IMG/VR virus record: IMGVR_UViG_3300030104_006883 | Location: 121,928 to 185,927 of that record | DNA length: 64,000 nt | DNA from: a virus | Reading direction: 5' to 3' (one strand) | Part shown: positions 58,911-64,000 of the stretch, piece after piece | Layout: every line of letters starts with the position of its first letter | Position numbering within the stretch: the stretch's first letter is position 1 | The notes under the pieces: model-generated | The model's input: only the letters and a program-made list of their open reading frames with translations | The model's database searches: none | Told to the model about the DNA's origin: nothing | Made by a program: the position numbers and the translations under genes

Positions 58911-59119
58911 AAGTCGGCGATTTGCTTGTTTATTATGATATCAATGGCAAAGAAATCTCTGGGATTGTAGTGAAAGGGTCACATTACAGCGAAACCACTG
59001 AGTCGCAAGCAGTAAGGGCGCTCTGGTCCGATGACGGATTGATAACTGATGAACCCATAGACATCATTCTTAGTGACGATCTAGAGTATAGTTATATTAA
59101 GCTTGTTTCGGAAGCTTAG
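58907..59119 (+). CDS. 'VGDLV' family protein
   Basis: MKVGDLLVY..GIVV..ALW..IKLV. Confidence 0.75.
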   Translation: MKVGDLLVYYDINGKEISGIVVKGSHYSETTESQAVRALWSDDGLITDEPIDIILSDDLEYSYIKLVSEA

Positions 59120-59183
59120 TGTAGTTAAAAATTTACTCCCTTAGACATGTTATTACTACTTATTCAAAAGCCAAGGAGGCAAA

Positions 59184-59420
59184 ATGACGCGGAAAGATTT
59201 CCAGCTAATCGCTGACGTAGTTGCTACGGTTGATGACATGAACGCTCGTAACGAGTTGGCACTTAACTTTGTAACTAAACTTTATGACACAAATGAAAAA
59301 TTTGATAGTGTTCGTTTTTTGAAAGCGTGCCAGGTTAATATCAAAAACAATCGTAAGAGAGTAGAAAAAAAGGATCGATTTGATGATTCTTATGCAAAAG
59401 AAAGTTTTATAGCGCCGTAA
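59184..59420 (+). CDS. Hypothetical protein
   Basis: MTRKDFQLIAD..NEKFDSVRFLKAC; AAGGAGG SD. Confidence 0.7.
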   Translation: MTRKDFQLIADVVATVDDMNARNELALNFVTKLYDTNEKFDSVRFLKACQVNIKNNRKRVEKKDRFDDSYAKESFIAP

Positions 59421-59446
59421 CGGTTCTTATAATATAGTCAAGACAA

Positions 59447-59522
59447 TGCACAGTAGCTCAGTTGGTAGAGCAGACGGCTGTTAACCGTCCGGTCACAGGT
59501 TCGAGCCCTGTCTGTGCAGCCA
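59447..59522 (+). tRNA. tRNA-Asn(GTT)
   Basis: TGCACAG/CTGTGCA acceptor; GACGG-ctgttaa-CCGTC; CCA. Confidence 0.95.
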
Positions 59523-59700
59523 AACAAAGAGAGGAAACCTTGAGAAGCACTAGCATGGCAAAGACTGTTTTAAATGCTCTGGAAGATGCTCAAAGAGATG
59601 AGTATCGGTTTGAAGATTTAGAAGACTTGTCTGTGTTCATAACCCAAAGGGTTGCGGACCATATCAATAGGGCGCTAAAAGAGATGCTGGACATTGACCG

Positions 59701-59883
59701 ATGAAAGTCGGTAGTTTGGTGAAAACTAGAGGAGTCTGGGGATCTCGCGAGCACGCGATTATAGTCGATATTCATAAACGAATAGGAGGACACCACTCCT
59801 ACGATATTGTTTTTATTAGAGATGGATTTAAAAAGTATAACCTCGAACGATCTGAATTTGAATTAGTTAGTGGAGTAGATTAA
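59701..59883 (+). CDS. 'VGDLV' family protein
   Basis: MKVGSLVKT..AIIV..IVF..FELV. Confidence 0.75.
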   Translation: MKVGSLVKTRGVWGSREHAIIVDIHKRIGGHHSYDIVFIRDGFKKYNLERSEFELVSGVD

Positions 59884-59884
59884 T

Positions 59885-60271
59885 ATGGGATACCGATCAA
59901 ATGTAGTTTTGGCGATGAGTGAACCTATCAAGCCTTATTTTTTAACCTTGATGGCGACGAACCCCAAAGCAAAGAAGTTTATTGAAGAAGCTGATGTGTT
60001 CGCTTCTTCAAAGATTGAAGAGGGCGATTTTGTAGTCGCCTGGAACGGTGTAAAGTGGTATCCATCTTATGATGAGGTGGAGGCTATTATTAATTTTGTC
60101 TTCGACCTGGAGAACCATGACCTTAGTGACTACGGCGCTAAGAATGGAGACATACAGTGGGAGGAGGAATTGTTTAAGTTCATTCGTATTGGTGAGGACC
60201 ATGGCGATGTGGATGTCATTGGTACCGGATTCTGGGATTTAATGCCAGTCACCAAAATTGGTTGGCCTTAA
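59885..60271 (+). CDS. Hypothetical phage protein
   Basis: MGYRSNV..KWYPSY..FIRIGED pattern. Confidence 0.6.
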   Translation: MGYRSNVVLAMSEPIKPYFLTLMATNPKAKKFIEEADVFASSKIEEGDFVVAWNGVKWYPSYDEVEAIINFVFDLENHDLSDYGAKNGDIQWEEELFKFIRIGEDHGDVDVIGTGFWDLMPVTKIGWP

Positions 60272-60308
60272 AATTTGACCTATTGCACTTTGTAGTTATA
60301 ATTGTGAC

Positions 60309-60524
60309 ATGATGAAAGTTGGCGATTTAGTAAAAATGAAGTATGCCATGTGGTGGCGTCTGCGCGGAGAGAGAGCCGCCAGCAGAAAATACACCGAAAA
60401 AGTTGGTGTGGTGACGTCGGCTGACCATAATGCAATTAAAGTGCTTTTGGTTGGCGAAGACCGCGCCAGGGTCGGTTTGAAAGAAGAGTGGGAGATTGTA
60501 AATGAAAGTCGGCGATCTTGTTAG
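60309..60524 (+). CDS. 'VGDLV' family protein, apparently leaderless
   Basis: MMKVGDLVKM; ends WEIVNESRRSC. Confidence 0.75.
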   Translation: MMKVGDLVKMKYAMWWRLRGERAASRKYTEKVGVVTSADHNAIKVLLVGEDRARVGLKEEWEIVNESRRSC

Positions 60525-60684
60525 GGTTAAGCGGGACTATCAAAACACAGAGGCCGCAGGAGTGCTGGCGCTAATTGTTAAAAGATCCGGCAACTCAGTC
60601 ATAGTGCAGGCACTAGGCAACCTAGATAAACCTCATTATGAGCATCGATGGTGGTTTAATCCTGAACATCTGGAGGTTATTTGA
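60502..60684 (+). CDS. 'VGDLV' family protein
   Basis: MKVGDLVRV..HLEVI. Confidence 0.75.
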   Translation: MKVGDLVRVKRDYQNTEAAGVLALIVKRSGNSVIVQALGNLDKPHYEHRWWFNPEHLEVI

Positions 60685-60839
60685 TGTGGGTTTTTTATTC
60701 AGAGTTATCCGAAGTCGCTTATCAGTCTCCGAGTGATGCGGCAATATTTCTATTTATGTATTGTGCGATGGCAGCGTGTGTTTTGCTCCCCCCTTACATG
60801 GAGACGGTTAGAAACGAAAGTCATCGACCCGACCGATGA
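60684..60839 (+). CDS. 51-aa single-TM peptide (not in ORF track)
   Basis: TGATG coupling, GGAGG SD; AAIFLFMYCAMAACVLLP hydrophobic stretch. Confidence 0.5.
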   Translation: MWVFYSELSEVAYQSPSDAAIFLFMYCAMAACVLLPPYMETVRNESHRPDR

Positions 60840-60908
60840 ATTGGATGATTATAAAAAGTTTTACTTTTGCTGTGTTGTTGTTACAATGCCAATGAAAGCA
60901 AACAGTAT

Positions 60909-60985
60909 GCGCCCGTAGCTCAGTAGGTTAGAGCGCCATTCTTATAAAGTGGTTGTCGTGGGTTCAAGTCCCATCGGGCGCACCA
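60909..60985 (+). tRNA. tRNA-Ile(TAT)
   Basis: GCGCCCG/CGGGCGC acceptor; CCATT-cttataa-AGTGG arm; CCA. Confidence 0.9.
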
Positions 60986-61007
60986 AATATTTTACTTAGG
61001 AGCCATT

Positions 61008-61190
61008 GTGAATTTTTATGCTTATTCTCCGGGGGACTTACTCTCCCGTGACCGTAACTTGGCACTTGTAGTGGACGGAGGAACCGTGAATACCTTTACA
61101 GTTCAATGGGTCACTGGCTCGAATACGGGCAAACGGATCACTTATCAATACGGTGAGCGGCCCGCATTTAAGATGCTGAACCCATCATGA
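61008..61190 (+). CDS. 'VGDLV' family protein
   Basis: YSPGDLLS..ALVV..VQW. Confidence 0.65.
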   Translation: MNFYAYSPGDLLSRDRNLALVVDGGTVNTFTVQWVTGSNTGKRITYQYGERPAFKMLNPS

Positions 61191-61363
61191 AGGTTGGCTC
61201 GCTCGTTTATAATATTTTCGATGAGAGAAAGATTGACCAACGAGAGATTGGTATTATAATGGATGTGAGAACAGTGGTAGGAACCGCAAAGGTTCTTTGG
61301 CCTGGACACTCTCCCTCATGGATTAGAAAAGATAACCTGGAGATGGTAGATGCAGCAGAATGA
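61187..61363 (+). CDS. 'VGDLV' family protein (not in ORF track)
   Basis: MKVGSLVYN..GIIM..VLW..WIRKDNLEMVDAAE, 58 aa, translated by hand. Confidence 0.75.
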   Translation: MKVGSLVYNIFDERKIDQREIGIIMDVRTVVGTAKVLWPGHSPSWIRKDNLEMVDAAE

Positions 61364-61865
61364 TATTTTAATGAAGAAGTGGTGTTTTGGAATCGGTCGA
61401 GTCCGAAAGACTGTAGAAACAAACAGCGAGGGAGAGGCAGAGATTGTGCGCTCTTTTCCGCGTTACCGCACCATTGTGATGAAGGTGGCGTCCGCTAAGA
61501 AGCTGCCTGATAATAAGTGGGAGGTGGAAGCAGATAAGTACACGTCTCTAACAAAGCCTCCTAAGCGAGTCAAGATTATTCTTGACCAAAAGCAACACAT
61601 GCAGGCCGGAAAGATTTTTAGTTCTTACGAGGTAGCAGGCGAAAAAAAACCCTTCTACCATGTGCAGACATCTCAAGTCGCCGGAGAGGGGATGCCTCCT
61701 GTTGGCAGTCTGGTCACGCTAAATAAGCGACACGCCATTGTTACGGAGACGGGACAAAATTGTCTCACCGTCTGGATGGATAATAAGTTTCATGAGGTGG
61801 TGGTGAAGCCCGGAAGCGTCCGATGGCATAGCGATAAGATTTTAGCTAACGCTGTGAAATCATAA
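61350..61865 (+). CDS. Hypothetical protein with C-terminal 'VGSLV' SH3-like module
   Basis: PPVGSLVTL..AIVT..VWM. Confidence 0.55.
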   Translation: MQQNDILMKKWCFGIGRVRKTVETNSEGEAEIVRSFPRYRTIVMKVASAKKLPDNKWEVEADKYTSLTKPPKRVKIILDQKQHMQAGKIFSSYEVAGEKKPFYHVQTSQVAGEGMPPVGSLVTLNKRHAIVTETGQNCLTVWMDNKFHEVVVKPGSVRWHSDKILANAVKS

Positions 61866-62042
61866 ATGAAGATTGGTGACTTGGTACAAGTTAGGCTTAG
61901 CTCTCGCAGCGCGAACAAGGGTGACATTGGTATTTTTCTTGCTTTTGACCATCCTTTTGGCGAATGGTGCTACGTGCAAAAATGCGACGGGACAAAACTG
62001 AGAGTCCCTTGGGCACATCTTGATGAGCTAAACGATTATTAA
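61866..62042 (+). CDS. 'VGDLV' family protein (not in ORF track)
   Basis: MKIGDLVQV..GIFL..WCYV..VPWAHLDEL, 58 aa. Confidence 0.75.
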   Translation: MKIGDLVQVRLSSRSANKGDIGIFLAFDHPFGEWCYVQKCDGTKLRVPWAHLDELNDY

Positions 62043-62101
62043 AAGTTTTACTTTAACGGTACCGCGACTACAATGTTGTTGTAATACCCAGGAGGGGAAT
62101 C

Positions 62102-62848
62102 ATGAGTGTTAGGTGTAGCTATTGCTATGAAGTAGGACATAACCGCAGAACGTGCCCTCATCTCAAGAAGGCTTTGAAGAAGGCTGCGGAAGATGGCAAT
62201 CTATACGCGAAGGCCGAACTAAATAAAAAGATTGTTCGGACTTGTGGTTATTGCGCTAGACAAGGACACGATAGGAGGACTTGTAAATATCTCAAGAGAG
62301 ATATAGAGCGCTTGGCGTCTTGTAATCTAGAGATTCGGAAGAGAATCCAAAAAAAGGCTCAAGACCTTAATTTTGGCGTGGGTACTCTTGTCTCTGCTCG
62401 CTTTAGTAGATGGAACGAGGAAGAGCGTGAGTACCAACCCAAGAGCGCGTTTGGAATCATTAAGAAGATTGATTGGGAGACAGTAGACATCCATTCAGAA
62501 TGGGACAGTTCTGGCTCCTCTGCGTGGCCGTCTCCTGTGACTGTTGAATTTTTTGACGTGCCACAAAATCCTGCAAGAAGGTTTGATTTCCCTTTTGAAG
62601 TCAGCTACTTGGGGCCAGAAGAAAGAAAATCATTTCCAGAATGGAGGATGAGGGATGAACTTCTAGTGCATAACGCTGTGGCCGCGCAAGATGAGGGCGA
62701 ATCCTCACTAAATCAACAGTCCTGTCAAGACCTTGCTAAGAAGCTTATTACATACCGAGAATGGAAAGAGAACTACTGTGATAGGACGATTCAACGCACC
62801 CAGCGCTATTTGGGTATCGAGGAAGTTTTGACTTCCCAAGAACAGTGA
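62102..62848 (+). CDS. Double CCHC zinc-knuckle protein with SH3-like domain
   Basis: CSYCYEVGHNRRTC and CGYCARQGHDRRTC; FGVGTLV. Confidence 0.75.
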   Translation: MSVRCSYCYEVGHNRRTCPHLKKALKKAAEDGNLYAKAELNKKIVRTCGYCARQGHDRRTCKYLKRDIERLASCNLEIRKRIQKKAQDLNFGVGTLVSARFSRWNEEEREYQPKSAFGIIKKIDWETVDIHSEWDSSGSSAWPSPVTVEFFDVPQNPARRFDFPFEVSYLGPEERKSFPEWRMRDELLVHNAVAAQDEGESSLNQQSCQDLAKKLITYREWKENYCDRTIQRTQRYLGIEEVLTSQEQ

Positions 62849-62875
62849 TTATAATCCTCACATGAGGAGGTGGAG

Positions 62876-63199
62876 ATGAAATGTAGCTATTGCCAAAGGC
62901 AAGCGAACCATAACAGGAGAACATGCCCGGTAAAGAAGCGGGATGCTAAAATGTTTGAAGTTCATAGATTCCCGCAGAAGTTTTCTGTGGGGTCGTTGGC
63001 AATCGGCTGTCCCGCACCCCCCCGTTGGGCGGGAGAACGCCCCAGAACCGATTGGACAACAGGGCTACTCTTTCATATTCTGTCAGGCCCTCGCTCAGAT
63101 TACCATTCATGGGGAGGGTTGTATGATGTCATATGTTTGAGCGGAAATCACTCGGGTCAAACAAAGCAGGTTTATGGTGACTTCCTCTCCCCAAAGTAA
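62876..63199 (+). CDS. Zinc-knuckle-like protein with SH3-like domain
   Basis: CSYCQRQANHNRRTC (CX2CX5HX4C); FSVGSLAI. Confidence 0.65.
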   Translation: MKCSYCQRQANHNRRTCPVKKRDAKMFEVHRFPQKFSVGSLAIGCPAPPRWAGERPRTDWTTGLLFHILSGPRSDYHSWGGLYDVICLSGNHSGQTKQVYGDFLSPK

Positions 63200-63236
63200 A
63201 ACTTTACTTTTAAGTTTTCGAGGTTATAAACCTAGC

Positions 63237-63410
63237 ATGATAAAAGTCGGTGATTTAGTTAGATGCAAGGTTGTGCGAAGTTCGGAAGACCTTGCGTATG
63301 TTTTAGATGTGCCAAAAGAAGATGGCTCTTGGGTCTATCTAGTGTGGTGTAAAACAGGCTCTAAGACCTCAACTCACACTTCTCTGGTGGAGATGGTAAA
63401 TGCAAGTTAA
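63237..63410 (+). CDS. 'VGDLV' family protein, apparently leaderless
   Basis: MIKVGDLVRC..LVW..LVEMVNAS. Confidence 0.75.
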   Translation: MIKVGDLVRCKVVRSSEDLAYVLDVPKEDGSWVYLVWCKTGSKTSTHTSLVEMVNAS

Positions 63411-63588
63411 AGTAGCTGATTTGGTGAAGCACTCAGAAATCCCCTCACTAGGTGTTGGCCTTGTGACGAAGAGTCTAGGCGTTCACTGCATGGTGCAGTG
63501 GACATACCCAGCCGGTGGCGACCGCAAGAATCCCGGCCCAACACTGGAAAGAAACAGTATGCTGGAGTTTGTCAATGAAAGTCGGTGA
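63400..63588 (+). CDS. 'VGDLV' family protein
   Basis: MQVKVADLVKH..GLV..VQW..LEFVNESR. Confidence 0.75.
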   Translation: MQVKVADLVKHSEIPSLGVGLVTKSLGVHCMVQWTYPAGGDRKNPGPTLERNSMLEFVNESR

Positions 63589-63748
63589 TCTGGTAAGGCA
63601 TACAAGAAACGGAGAACCATTTGGGGAAATCCTAGTGGTAACGGCGCAGAAACTCAGCGAGACAAAAAATGAGTTTGTCAAACTTTCTGGCGGACGGAAT
63701 TCATGGCTACCAGCGGTATGCATGATAGTTGTCAGTGCGGTAGAATAA
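63575..63748 (+). CDS. 'VGDLV' family protein
   Basis: MKVGDLVRH; true start 63575. Confidence 0.75.
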   Translation: MKVGDLVRHTRNGEPFGEILVVTAQKLSETKNEFVKLSGGRNSWLPAVCMIVVSAVE

Positions 63749-63785
63749 ATCTTTACTTTCGCTCTTGCGCGACTATAATGAGGGC

Positions 63786-63965
63786 ATGATGAAAGTCGGT
63801 GATTTGGTAAATTTTACAGAGACGAAGTATCTAGGTACTATTATCTGCATTGATGAAAATCGATGTGAGATTCTCGTTCACGGAGACGTTCCTTTTAAAA
63901 ACCCTACTTGGATGAGCATGAAGATGCTCAAAAGAAACGCGGAGGCTATCAATGAAAGTCGGTGA
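63786..63965 (+). CDS. 'VGDLV' family protein, apparently leaderless
   Basis: MMKVGDLVNF..GTII..AINESR. Confidence 0.75.
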   Translation: MMKVGDLVNFTETKYLGTIICIDENRCEILVHGDVPFKNPTWMSMKMLKRNAEAINESR

Positions 63966-64000
63966 TTTGGTAAGATATAAAAGTGAGACACTAGGTTCCA
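63952..64000 (+). CDS. 'VGDLV' family protein (partial, runs off window)
   Basis: ATG AAA GTC GGT GAT TTG GTA AGA TAT. Confidence 0.7.
   Translation, partial: MKVGDLVRYKSETLGS

Overview
A 64-kb, essentially single-stranded (+) segment of a large tailed dsDNA phage (contractile-tail, distantly T4-like head/tail genes; no host rRNA, CRISPR or IS signatures). Layout: 1-16.5 kb virion module (end of major capsid gene, neck, tail terminator, sheath, tube, tail chaperone with a probable +1 frameshift, tape measure, baseplate); 16.5-33.3 kb replication/metabolism (minimal family-A polymerase, divergent tubulin/FtsZ-like protein, SSB, RecA, 5'-3' exonuclease, DnaB-like helicase, class II RNR, GroES, lytic transglycosylase, nucleotidyltransferase-like, CysK, DnaE); 33.3-37 kb two S74-chaperone tail-fibre genes; 37-52 kb nucleotide, proteostasis and lysis genes (dUTPase, IMPDH/GMPR, sigma-4 protein, ClpP, amidase, GroEL, Hsp20, PAP2, PDF, ThyX, PurA); 52-64 kb an early accessory region with six tRNAs, many sigma70-like promoters and about 20 paralogous small 'MKVGDLV' SH3/KOW-like genes. 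The most unusual signal is that array: leaderless promoter-first genes followed by genes chained through a conserved dual-frame junction (ATGAAAGTCGGTGA) that is both the start of one gene and the stop of the previous one. All functional calls are from motif recognition by eye, not database searches.
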